Of a stretch of DNA of 64,000 nt, positions 51,248-63,590 are shown one piece after another. Source of the DNA: Anthoceros angustus (Eukaryota; Plantae; Anthocerotophyta); contig MU008185.1 in the NCBI GenBank assembly GCA_010909165.1, positions 558,001 through 622,000 of the forward strand. The letters run 5' to 3'. How positions within the stretch are numbered: position 1 is the first letter of the stretch; every line of letters begins with the position of its first letter. The position numbers and the translations under genes are program-made. The notes beneath the pieces are model-generated. The model was not told the origin of the DNA. It made no database searches and saw nothing but the letters and a program-made list of their open reading frames with translations.

Positions 51248-54200
51248 TCGGATCAGAATCACATCCAAGCCAAGAGGGCAAGAGGAGGTCTTCTGCGCAG
51301 GTGCGTCGGGTGGAAGTAGAGGGCGAGGCATCCTCGGGTTTAGGAGGAAGCCCTGCCTTCAAGTGGCACCCGTTTTCGTCCCCGAATGCCAATGCATCAT
51401 TTTGCAAGGGTGAGGTGAGGATATGGGGAAAGCTCCCGCCGTTCAACCTTCACTCCCATGTAGGGCCTGAACTTGCGTAGATTCCTCTTTGCTGCTGTGA
51501 GCTCCTCCCCAGCCAATGTAGGTCACGGAAGATATCCCACAGTTCCCACCCTCCTCAAGGAAGGGGTCCAAACCCCTCTTAGGCTCGCGCACTCTTGTCC
51601 GCTTTAGTTGAAACCCGCTCAAAAAACGTGAAAAATGGGGTTTTTTCAAACCAGGTTCAATCTTGGATCATTTCGAGTTGGATCCCCCAAGGCATGAGAA
51701 ACCTGGGAAAGCTGTTTTTGACAACGTTAGGTCCTCCAAAAAGTGTGTTTTTGGTCTTTTTTTTAAGGAAAAACCCTCGAAAGAGGGTTTCGTTTTCATT
51801 TAGAGGTCAAATTTGGCCAAAATGACCTCAATCTCTAAAAGGTGGATCACTTCTTAAGAGACATTGTTTCACCACCGCTTTGGTAACAGTACTTACCAAG
51901 AACTGTTGGACTCTAAACCATCTCCAACAACATGCCCATGCAGAAGCTTGGAGTGGAATAAGGAATGATGCCAGTAGGGAATGAGGAGACCGAGCTTAAT
52001 GCGTTTGGTGAGCTGGCAAGAGGCAGGGGCCAGGGAGCAAGGCTTCAGCATGGATCTGCTAGCCTAGGCCGGGACGAGTAGATGGTCGAGAGGCTGGTGA
52101 GGGAGATGGCCATCATCCAACTGGAAAGAGTGGTCATGTTGGCAGGAGGCAGGAGCGAGGAATTGTGCAGTGTGATGTAGGGCTTCAGGCGCATGCCTGA
52201 AACTGTTGGCCAGCGGTAGAGCTGCCAGTAGATTCCTAGGGGATTTTGTTGGGCGGTACAGTAGGGAAAGAGAATCAAGATTGCTACGGTAATGGAGTTG
52301 AGGAGCGCACCCTAAACCCTGGGGACTAGAGGGTAGAACAACAACGAAAGAGAGAAGGTGAGGGCAAAGCAGAGCGGTGGAGCAGGGAAGGCGACAAAGA
52401 GGTAGCTACGGCAAGGAGAAGAGGCAGGGCATACAGAGTAGAGAGGTGCGCAGGAGCATCAGAGGCGGGCAGGAGCAGGAAAGCAAGGAAGCAAAGTAGT
52501 CTAGGAGGAAGTAAGCAGGGAGGAGATGGCAGCAAACCAAGGAGCGAAAGGAAACATGCAAGAGCGCGGAGATGCGGTGCACCACAGACGAGGAATAAAA
52601 AAGATGCATCTTTGCGAAATTGGGTTATACAGCCACTGAACCCTAGTAGTTCTCTCACTAGCGGCGCCATCAACTCTTTCTTTGCCAAAATTTAAACCCT
52701 AAACGTGATTGGCCCAGCGCAATTGCTAGTTGATTGGTCCGCCAAATAACCCGAAGTGAATCCAGGGAGTTATTCTTGAGAAGTTGCAAGCTTATCTCTT
52801 GTGTGAGAGAGAAGAACTCAAAGCCCTGGCACCCGATTTAAACAGGGCTTCCCCCATCGCCATGCACGAAGAAGATTTCGCTCGCGGCCCTGGTCTTCAG
52901 ACTCATCCGCGAAATTACGCCACGGAACGTTCACCGGGACGAGTCCTAATGACCCTTAGCCCTAAACCCTACAACCCTATCGGCCTCGACTCCTCCGCGC
53001 CATAGCACCCATCACAGTGAACGTTCCGTAATACATTACTTACGCCTCGCACATAGTGCGAATCTCGTTTCTGCCGGAAATATTTCTCCATTTAAAAAGA
53101 GTCTCATTTCTGTGGCCCTCAACGATAACGAGATCCGCTACCTATTAAATTGACGGAAAAAGTCAGGCCAGGCCGGGGCAAGTCTTTTATTGCGAGGGTC
53201 CAGAAAACAGTCCCGTCCCGAAAATAACCTTTACGTATGTTCATATGTGCGACGCCGATGTTTATATAGGTACCGCGGTGCTGGACGTGCCGGGAGCCTC
53301 ACCTTTACAAGGACTTTGTGTTGTGGAAATGAGAAAGGCAACAAGACGCACGGCAAGAACAATGTGACGTTGAGGGGTTGTACACTTACAGTAAAGGCGC
53401 AGCATCCAAATCTGCGAATATCAAGGTAGCGACGCTCTGGCGCAAAACCGGTGTGCCGAATTTCCTTTCCCTGAGGTCTGGGGCAAAGAGTGATGTGCCG
53501 AATCACCATGGCAGTCCCTGCGACGTAGACACGCAGCAGCATGGGGTTCATGACGTGAGAGGACCAGCTGCTGCAGCAGCAGCAGGTTGGAACAAATGAA
53601 ACACAGCATACATGCAGTGCGAGAAGAACATAATCGTAGCAAAGCAGCCCAAAGGTTGAATGGACGGAAGAGATGCTCGAACACAGCCTGCACTGCCAAC
53701 TGAATTATTGAAAGACGCCAGAAAAGCAGAAGGCCATGAAATCGGGCCAGCTTAAAATACATCCACTGCAGGAGGAAGATTGTACACATGCTCGGTGACG
53801 TGTAAGCGAGAACAAAAATTTGGTTGCTTGTGTGCCAAGGATGGGTGCGGTGACCTTACCCACCCTGCTTGTGCATGTCGTGTCAGCTCCACAGAGACAA
53901 ACGGACAAGAGCAGCGACGACGACATATGCGTGGACCGGGAAGGGAAAGAAGAAGCAGTGGGAAGAAGAAGAAAAAATGGCATGCTTGAGGTGGCGGGCA
54001 CTTGCAGTGGCAGCTACGGTAGAGTACTAGTGTCCTTCCTTGCGTCCTTCCATCCTTTCATCCCATGGCCAGAAAAGCAGCATGCATGCCAGCATGACAA
54101 CCTGAGGCTGCGACCGCACCCGTTCCGATGACCTGAAGTCGAGGATGTACCGACCCGAGCTGAGCTCCGCGCCTTGCTGCTGCTACTCCTGACAGCATCT

Positions 54201-54265
54201 GGTGGCGGTGGAGGAAGGCAGAAGGAAGGGAAAAGAATTGCGTGACAAGATGAAGGGGAAAAATG

Positions 54266-57201
54266 TTACAAGGCTGGAGAAGCAGAGGGGAAGAAGAGGT
54301 GGTGGTGGTCGGCGGTTGAGGCCGAGGCCGAGGCTGCGGCGGCGGCGGCGGCGTCGTCTCCGTTGATGAAGATGGCGGCGTCATCCTGCAGATCCCCCTC
54401 TTGGTGCGCGGCGGCGGGGAAGTCCCCTCTCCGGTCCAGCCGGGCCTGCGCAGCGATGAACACCAACTTGTCCACCTTGTCCGACGCGTTGGAGCCCCGG
54501 AAGGCCCAGCGCCAGAGCGGCCAGTTGCAGTCCACGGAGGCGGAGGTGGCGTGCAGGAAGATGAGGCGAATGGCCACCTTGCGGAGGGACTTGAGGTCGC
54601 TGAGGCAGGTCTCCCACACCAGGCGTCGGCTCTGCGGGCTCACGGGCTTCATGCGCCCGCTGCCGGGGTCGCGCTCCTTCACCTGGACGGCCTGGGCGTA
54701 GAGCGGGTCGAGGCCGACCGTGCGCCACATGAGGAGCTCCCGCAAGGCCAGATGCGCCTCGTCCCGCGAGACGAGGCGGGTGATGAGGCGGTCCACGTCG
54801 CGCTCCTGCTCCGGGGTGAGGAACTTGAATGGCGGGAGGTACTTCCCGGAGGTGTCGCGGAGGAGGTAGAGCGGGTCCAGGATGAAGGCGGCGGCCCAGG
54901 CCGGGTGATAGTTCTTCCGGAAGCGCTTGTCGATGAGGCGGTGCACGGGCGCCTCGTCCTGGTCGTAGCGCCCGCTCCAGTCCTTCACCTTGGCGCGGAG
55001 ATCCACCCAGAGGGGCAGGCACTGGGACAGCATGGGGCGCTCCGCCGCCATGTCCGCCAGCATGTCGTGGAGAATGCGGAGCAGGGCCCGCGCAGACTCC
55101 AGCTGATGCCAGAAGCGGGAGCAGGCCGGGAGGAGGGCCAGCAGCTCCTGCTTCTCCTTGTCCCCCCCGCAGTGGAGCTTGAGGTGGTCGTCCAGCCCGG
55201 CCAGCTGCAGCGCCTGCGCCGAGGCTGCCACCTGATCCAACAAGAGCAGGAGGAAGGTCGGGTGAGGTGCAGCCGCCGCCGGGCGCCGCCGCCGGCATTG
55301 GCAGGTCCTTCTGCAGCGCGGCGCGGCGGCGTCCTTGGTGAAAAGAGGTGGAGCTGGAGGCAGTCGCAGACCACAGCCCTCAAGAGATGGAGGTGCTTGT
55401 GCATATCCTTGAGCAGGCCCTGGAAGGCGGCGTTCTGGCACGCCAGGTTCACCATCCACGCCTGCCGGTTCTCCAGCTCCGCCAGCGCCCGGCGGCGGGC
55501 CTTGCTGCAGGCGTCCGCCACCACGCCCACGCAGCGCTCGGGCGGCTCCCCGCCAACCCAAGCCGCATGATGGCCTCCTCCAGCACCGCCCCCGCCTCCG
55601 CAGCCGCCGCCGATGGACCAGGCCCGCTGCTGCTCGTTCTCGCTGTCGCTGCCACTGCTGCTGCTGCTGCTGCTCCTGCCGCTGCCGGTGCCCCGGCCAA
55701 TGGAACCACGCCCCGGAACACGGCCCCGCCGTTGGGCAGATTGAGGCTCACCTGCACACCTCCTGTCCCTCGTCCTCCTTCCTGCTGCTGATGCTGATGA
55801 AGAAGCAGCTCCTGCTGCTGCTCCTGCTCCTGCTGCTGCTGCTGCTGATGTTGCTGAAGCCCCCAAGGGCCAACCTGACCATACCCGCCATGATGCCCTT
55901 GGCCCAAGCCACCGCCAACACCACCACCAGCATGAACATGATGATGCTCCGGCTGCTGAAGCAGCAGCATCAAAGGATGCTGCTGTTGTTGCTCGTGTTG
56001 TTGTTGTTGTTGCCGGTGCTGGAGCTGCTGTTGCTGCTGATGGTGTTGCCTGCGCCATCCGTAGGCCGAGAGCTGGAAAAACATGGCATCCCGGAGCTTG
56101 GCCTCGCACTCTCCCTTCACCTGCGCGAATTTGGCGTCCAGCCGGTCGCCCTGAAGCGCACGACGGGAGAGAGAAGGGAGACCGAGCTGCGCCAGGAAGG
56201 CCTTGAATTTGGGGTGCTCCACACACGAGAAGGGGACGGTGCCGCAGGACTCGTAGAGCCATTCCGACAGCAAGTCCAGAGCCGCGTCCGCCTGCTGCCT
56301 GCCCGCCGGCCCGCCCGAGCCGGTCTTGACGCATCCTCCGGGGCTCTTGAGCTTCTTCACGCTCTTCTCCAACTGCGCCAGCGCGCCCAGGTCGCCCTTC
56401 CCGCCCGACAGCACCAGGGGAGTGGGGCTGGCTCGCACCACCTCCGCCTCCTGCACGGAGGCTCTGCTGCTGGAGCGCACAGCGGGGGCTTCCGTCACCA
56501 CTGCAAGCGCCATGGACATGGACATGGGAACCTGGGACTGCTGCTGCTGATGTTGCTGCTGCTGCTGATGCTGTTGCAAAGAGGAAGCTCCAGTACCTCC
56601 TCCTCCTCCTCCGCCAGCTCCACCAATTGATGAGCCCGGAGCCGGCCGCTTCCTCTGCTGCTGCTGCTGCTGCTGCTGGACAGACTGAACCTGAAGCTGC
56701 TGGTGCGCAGCCGGGGAAGCGCCAGATTTGAGGGGCAGCGAAGAGGCGGCAGCAGCAGCAGCAGCGGCGGACTTGGGGATGAGGCCGTTGAAATGCGGGC
56801 ACGTCCCGCGCTTAAGATGCTCCGAGGCGGTGCGGGACGGGTTGGAGGCGGAGAACATGGCGCTGCACAGGCAGCAGCGCAACTTCACAGCCTTGGGATT
56901 GCCAGTATCCGGGTGCGGCACCAGCAGCGGCTCCAGATGCGACCAGTACCAGGCGCCCTTGCCCTTCACCGCCTTGCTGCGCACCGCAAACAGCGCATCG
57001 TAGCGCTTCTGCAGCGCCTTCACGTTGGGCTCTTCCGATGCGGCAGCAGCGGATGCCGCCACTGCAGTGGCGGGAAAGGCCGGGCCGCTGCCCCTGGCCC
57101 CGCCGCTCCTCCCCGCCTCCTTCCTCCTGTCCCTGTCCCTGTCCCTGTCCTTGTCCTTGTCCCTGCCCTCCTCCTCCTCCTCCTGTTGCCACCGCCGCCA
57201 T
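54266..57201 (-). CDS. Domesticated hAT-transposase-like protein (BED-type Zn finger + RNase H-like fold; At1g12380/At1g62870-like family), intronless, polyQ-rich; apparent frameshifts near 57100, 55555 and 55290; start uncertain
   Basis: KALQKRYDALFAVRSKAVKGKGAWYWSHLEP...KAVKLRCCLCSAMFSASNPSRTASEHLKRGTCPHF, LVLSGGKGDLGALAQLE, EHPKFKAFL, WMVNLACQ, RFRKNYHPAWAAAFILDPLYL, YLPPFKFLTPEQE, GLDPLYAQAVQ, RLVWET, RLIFLHATS. No TIRs seen. Confidence 0.88.
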
Positions 57202-57739
57202 GGCATGAGCGATGCAAGTGCGGTGGTCAGCTGGCCCCATCCTCCCCGCTGCCGTCCCCGCCGGTGGTGCAGTTTGTGTTCTGTTGCCGTTGCCGCTGCC
57301 ACTACCGCCGCCGCTGCTGCTCTCCAGCCCCGGCCCGCCATGCCCATGGCCATCCTGTCCCTGCCCCTGCTCCGCACGCCACATTCCCGCGTCACCTGCT
57401 CCATGCTCCCCGCCGCTGCTCCAGCTGCCGTTGTCGTTGTTGTTGCCGCTGCCGCTGCCGGTCCCGCTCCCGCTCCCGCTGAATTGAGATCACCATCCCC
57501 GGCTCCACATGGCCCGCTCCACTCCAAATGCCCTCCCTCCCGCGCTAATGGACAAGTTTGCCGCCCCGGACTCCCCGCCTCACCTGGCCCCCGCGGGCCT
57601 GGCAACTGCCAACCTCCGCCCCAATTCAATCCGGCTGCAATCCATGCCCAAGGCCGCAGCAGAAGAAATTGACAACCGGAGCCAAAAACCACACCTGCAG
57701 AACAAGGCTACATGAAGAGCAGAGCGCAGCACGCGGCAC

Positions 57740-58179
57740 GTGAGGGAAAGGGAAAGGGGAAGGGCAAGGAAAGCAAGGGCAAGCGCGAGGGATGGGGCAA
57801 GGGCAAGAAGAGGAGAGAAAGAAGGAAATCGGGAGAGGGCGCCCGGTGTGACGGACACGAAGCTGAGGGCGGAGGAGAGGAGAGGAGAGAGCGAGTGTGA
57901 TGATAGCGGGAGAGCGGAGTTGGAGAGAAGCCGGAAAGGGCGGTTGGGCGGAGAGCGATGAGAGATGAAGGGCAAGGAAGGAAGGAAGGAAAAAAAGGGA
58001 GGTAGCGAATGCCCGGCCTCGGTCCTGGGAGCGAGAGAAGGAAGCGAGCCGGCGAGCGAGCGAGAGATGGGAGGGAAGAGAAAGGGAAGGGAAGGGAAGG
58101 GAAGGCAAGGGAAGAAACGAGACGCGAATCGCGACTCAAAGCACAGGCTCGCGACTCAGCGAGCGGGCGGGCGGACGGG

Positions 58180-58212
<33 letters not shown>

Positions 58213-61200
58213 AAACAAAGGCGACGCAAACCCGAGACCAGGGCCAGACATACAAAAGACACAAATCCAGATGAGGTGAGTGAGAGAGAGAGTGGGGCCA
58301 GGCTGGCCGGACCGGCCTGGCCCTGAGGGGTTTCGCCGGGGCCGAACCCGGCGCAACTCCGCGCCATAACCTAGCCTGGTGGAATCCGCATCCGCGCGGG
58401 CGGGGAATATTGAAGCGGTCGCGAATCCATGTGCGCAGCAGCAGCAGCAGCGCAGACGCGCAGACGCGCAGACAGGAAGCTTCGCTCGCCTTGGCAGCTT
58501 TCTTGCCATGCCCTGCCCCTGCCCCTGCCCCTGCCCCTGCCCCTGCCCCTGCCCCTGCCCCTGCAAACGCCCTCGGCCCGAGAAGGCCACGGGCCAGGGC
58601 TGATGCTCATGACTGATGCTGCTGCACGATGGTATGTACATATGTGTCGGGTTTCGCCGAGAAACGGCGGCGAAACCGGGCACGGCCCGGGCTGGGCCTG
58701 GGGCTGGGGCTGGGGCTCGGCCCGGTCCCCGCCTGGCCTGGAGCCCGTGCGCAACGCTCCCACGTGGCGTCCAGCGTTGCACGGCCGTTTTGTAAGCCGG
58801 ACGGTCAAAACTGGCAGTGCGCTGGGTCGTTGCCCTGCCTACGGCTTGCGCTGCCGATTAAGAAAGGCATTCAAGTGCGCACAGCACAAAGCCGTCCGTG
58901 GTTACGGACTGGGGACTGGGGATTGGGGACTGGGGACTGGGGACTCGGCACTAGCACTAGCACTGGCACTAGCGACGGATGACGGATGACGGATGACGGA
59001 TGACGGATGATGGATCCCCCGACCCCCCAACTTGCACTTGCACTTGCGTTGCGTGTTACGTGCCCGACTTGGAACCGTCTTGCCCCCACTCCCGACCAGC
59101 CCGCACCGTCCCGTCCCGTCCCGTCCCGTCCCGTGCCGTGCCGCCCCGCCCCGTCCCGTCCCGTCCCGTTGCGTGGTTGCAACGTCGATGCCATGGGCCA
59201 GGCCGCCACGGTGGCGCGCCACTTTCCATTGCGCGAGTCCAGTGGGAGTATTCGGCGCGCGAGGCCGAGCTATTATAATTCCCGGCGCGACCGGACTGGA
59301 TTTTATCGTTGGCGGGGCAATAACCGTCGCTCGGGCTGGGTGAGGCGCCTTTTGGCGCCAGCAGCGACGCAGGAACTTGTGGACGTGAGACCGAGGGCAG
59401 GGCTGTGACTGTGAGAGGGCAGCCGACAGGACAGCAATTTCGCTTCCAGGGAGGGGGGTGTCATTGCTGGGGCTTAAAAAAGGGCGCCCACTTGGGCTCC
59501 GCGCTCCTAACTGCTAAATATAAGCGCCCCTCCACACCCAACGGCGCGGAATCGTAGTAAGCCAACCCGTTCCCCCCTCAGTGCGCCGTCCGTATCGTAT
59601 CGGTATCCACATGCCACGTACGTAGCTTAGGTATTGTTGGTAAAGGCCAGGCCAGCACAGCACAGCACAGCACAGCACACTGGTCTTCTGACTGTATACC
59701 GCACAGCGCATCGCTTTGCCTACGCTTGGCTTCCTGGCTTCCTCGCTTTGCGTGTTGCCAAAACCAATGCTAATAAAAATCCGGCCTGCCTGCTTGCAGC
59801 AGTGAGTAATAAGCACTGCTACTCGATGTGCTTTGTGCGGGGGTAGAAGACAAAGGTAAGCAGGCCGGGCCGGGCCGGGCCAGGCCAGGCCCCATCCCAC
59901 CCGAGGACTGACAAAGAGGGACTGACTGAGAGAGGGGGCTGATGAGGGCTGATGAGATGACCCCAGCTGTGATGAGCTCATCATTCAGAATCGGTGCTGC
60001 AGCTGCCCGCCCTTACGCATCGCCCTCCTAGGTTTCCCTGCCCCGTTTTGGTTTACGCGCACCCACCTGCCGCCTACCTGGGCTACAAGGCCGTCCCTCT
60101 CTCTGCCTTTGCACCAACTTTGAACGCACCCACAAAGCGCACACACAAACGACTCCAGGACTCCAGGGCTCCAGGCCCACTGTATTTTTTTTCGGTCATG
60201 ATGCCTCCCGCTGCTGACATCCGATATGCAACATCTTATATCATTAACTATTGCATCGTTTGCATCAATCATCCCTCACGCATCATACGCTCATACGCGC
60301 GGCTTGGGATGGGGCCGGGAGGTAAGTAACGTGAGGCACCCGCTTCCACCAATCCGCTCCATGATTAACCGCGGTTACGGAGGATCCGGAGATTAACCCA
60401 AACCTTCCATCATTCCAAACCAAATGAATTATCAGGCGATGCTGTTACGTGGCATGATAGAATAGAATGTCACTCTCTTGGGACTGATGTTCTGGAAGCT
60501 GGGTTGATGAGCAAGCCAAGTTACGTTTGTAGGAGTCCCAGCTGGACCGTCGGCTTCTTCTTCCGTGTAACGTGCATGGTAACAGCCGGGGAGTTTGAAC
60601 ATGCGTGATTACTTGGACCTGTCGGTTACCTCCCTCCTGGGACCAGGGTTTGTGACCAATGGGGACGGACCGACGGAGCCTACGGAGGGGTGGTGGTGGG
60701 CAGCTGGGCCCCGCCCGCAAACCGATAATCGATAGGGCCTTCCCAAGGGGATTGTGGAATGTGGAGCAGTGCATTCCGAGACGAGCGACTCGAGCGGGGC
60801 TTGCATCGTCCGGAAGAGATGCATCATGGCCGGGAGTGGGTGATAACGAGGCTGTGGAAGGTCCGGGGCCCGAGGTAGCAAAGTTACAAGGCGATGTCAT
60901 GAGCGTGACGAGACGAGACGAGACGGGAAGGGCAGCGAAAGGAGGTGGGGAGGCGGGCCGCGGGCCGCGGGCCGCGCCAGCGTGGTGGGCACTAGGCTGG
61001 TCAGGCAGCGGCACCTCGCTGGCTGCCCGGCTGCCTCACTGTGGGCTGTGGCGGACTTGGGTGGGAGATGGGGGAAGGCGCAACAAGCAGGGAATCTTAA
61101 TCATTCGGTAAGCCGCAGGCTAAGCAGAGAGGACCGACGTACTGGTACCAGCAGCAACAGCAAGAGCAAGAAACGAGGAAAGGAAGGAATGGAAGGAGAG

Positions 61201-62310
61201 GGAATGGCAGGGCAGGGGCAGGGACAGGGGCAGGGGCAGGGGCAGGGGCAGCGGCAGGGGCAGAGGCAGAGGCAGAGGCAGCGGCAGAGGGTGGTTGGTT
61301 ACACAAAAGAGCGTGTCGGATGAGGCACCATCATCCCGCCAGCTTCCAGCTTAGGATTGGCGGTGCCATAAGTAATGATTATCCGGCCTTTAATGCGCCA
61401 ATTGATCGCCTTGGCGGAGGCGCTGCGAGTGGCGGTCTCCAGTCCGGACGCCGCCACTACTGGAGAGGAGGGATGGAACTGGGGATGTCCATTTATCCCA
61501 TAGTGCGGCCCTGTGTTGCGTGTGTGTGCGGTCGGGCAGGTAGATACGGGTGTCTGTGTATGTACGTGGGGGTAGTAGGCGGAGACAAGCTCGTGCTAGT
61601 GGTGGAGCGGCTGCGGTCTGATTGGGCCTGGCCCCAGCTGCTGCTACGATATACCTCCGCTGCAGAGGCACAGGCACAGGCAGGGGCAGGGCAGAGGCAG
61701 AGGCAGAGGCAGAGGCAGCAGGCTGCCACCAACCGGCCTCGCAACCAGTGACCTCTCCAGTCCAGGCCAGGCCAGGCCAGGCCAGCCAAGTCGGCGGGCC
61801 CAGCCACCTCCCGCTTCTTCAATGGCTGCCTCGGGTTTCACGGTATTGCCGGCGGGTGAGATCATGGGCTCAGTTATAACTGTCGCTGTCGCATTTCACC
61901 CTGCGGTCTGGGAATCGTGGGCGCTCGCCCTCCCACTATTCAACCAGCAACAAACAAAAAACAAGCGATCGGGAAACGGGAGAGACAACATCACCGTGAC
62001 GCCACTGCCACGCTACTCGCAACAAAGCGTGTGGTGTGCCCCACTCACGGATGGGGGACGGGCTGGGCTGGGCTGGGTTGGGTTGGCCTGGGAGACATGG
62101 GAATGGCCTTCATTTGCCACCATTTCCGACTTGCTGCCATTTTGCCCGCGCCGGCATCGCACCGGCAGGCATGCTGCATGCGCCGCGCGCACTTTACTGC
62201 ACTCCCACAGGCAACTGGGCATGGCAGTCGGACTCCCGCCGATGCGCCCGCCTGGATAGGATATGGTGCAGACATTTTGTTTGCAGTTGCAGTTGCAGTT
62301 GCAGTTGCGG
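57740..62310. repeat. Microsatellite-dense intergenic/upstream region
   Basis: (GGCA)n ~58177-58210, (CCCCTG)n ~58510-58563, (GGGGACT)n ~58906-58945, (GACGGAT)n ~58973-59008, (CCCGT)n ~59106-59168, (GCAGGG/GCAGAG)n ~61207-61290 and 61662-61716, (TTGCAG)n ~62281-62308. Confidence 0.85.
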
Positions 62311-63329
62311 TTTGGCTATCCAGTCAACTAGTTGCAGCACGCAGCTCGTGCCCTACGAGCTGCAGCACCACGCCCCGCGACACCGGGAGCCAAACCAGGA
62401 ACCCACCATTTCAAAATCACCATCAAATGGACCACGCACCTCCTGCCCTGCTGCCCACAAGCACCTCTCCGACTGCTACTACTACTACCACCTCGTGCCC
62501 CACACCATACCACGCTAGCCTCCAGCTTAAAAGCTCTACACTCTACTGTGAGTAGCCTCTCTTGTCACGTTCCCACAACAGGGGGGGCCTGGGGGGCCAA
62601 CAACTTCCGACTCCAACCGCAATGGCCAAATCACATGCTTGCTGCACCCTACTTGTGTAGTATGTACAGGGGCAGGCCATTGCACAGCTCCATTTACCAC
62701 CTACAAACCAAACCTCCTCCTCCTCCCTACATCATGGGATAGCATGCCGGGCTGTCTCCCACTCGCACAGGTATGCTACGTATGTCGTGAGTGCTCATTA
62801 ACCATCACCAAGCCCGTCTCTACCTGTGTCATACTGGCTCTTTGCAATTCAAACACTGTCGGCCAGACTAAAGGTAATACAACCAACGACACTCGGTTAC
62901 CCATTCTCAAGACGGAAAACAGAGAACGATGACAACCACCTGCACACCACCACGTGCATGTCTCACCACGTTACATATGAAATCAACAGCGGGGCAAAGG
63001 CAACAACAGAGACTTCACCGACAGCCTGTAAATGCATCACCACAAATCTTAAACTTCACATGAGATATCAACAAAACCAACGTTGAATCGCTTGGCTTGC
63101 TATTCACCAACCTACCCACTGCTCCCCCCTCCTACTCTAACCTCGAGGGCTGTGGCAGGACTCGGGAGTCCATACCCACGACAGCACCATGTTACACTAC
63201 ATCTGTATACTTCACAAGGACGAGACTCGCCTCGCCTCGCCTCGACTCAGAGAGGCTAAATCAGCCCGTCCTGGGGTCTGCCCCTCAGACTAGCATCCGT
63301 GCTCTTCGCAAGAGGGTTCACATCTTGCG

Positions 63330-63590
63330 TTACGGTTGCTCGGGCGCGTATGATGATCCGGGCAAATATGACACAGACATCAGATTCCGCCTGTACCTCT
63401 CGGTTTCATCGTCCAATTTCACCTCTGCAGGCTTCGCAGTCTCAGCAGCGGCCTGGATGCTCGACTCCTCGGACGCCAGCGAGATGTTGAGCAGGCGGGA
63501 TCGCGCCAGCTGCTCCTTGTCAGCCGAGATTGGCTTCTCCTGCTCCTTGGCAATTCCACGCCCTCTGCCTTGCACTTGCTCATCGGCCAT
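63330..63590 (-). CDS. Small conserved plant protein of unknown function (86 aa)
   Basis: MADEQVQG...LARSRLLNISL...DDETERYRRNLMSVSY... resembles the plant small-protein pattern R.xLI.IS...E.YR.KL.SISY as recalled. Single exon with a plausible ATG at 63590. Confidence 0.6.
   Translation of the reverse strand: MADEQVQGRGRGIAKEQEKPISADKEQLARSRLLNISLASEESSIQAAAETAKPAEVKLDDETERYRRNLMSVSYLPGSSYAPEQP

Noticed and set aside
51771-51840. Helitron 3' end
   Set aside because: Hairpins are present, but CTAA is not followed by T and no Rep/helicase or 5' TC boundary was identified.
54363-57672. Long overlapping plus-strand and alternative-frame ORFs
   Set aside because: GC-rich and triplet-repeat shadows of the hAT-derived gene.
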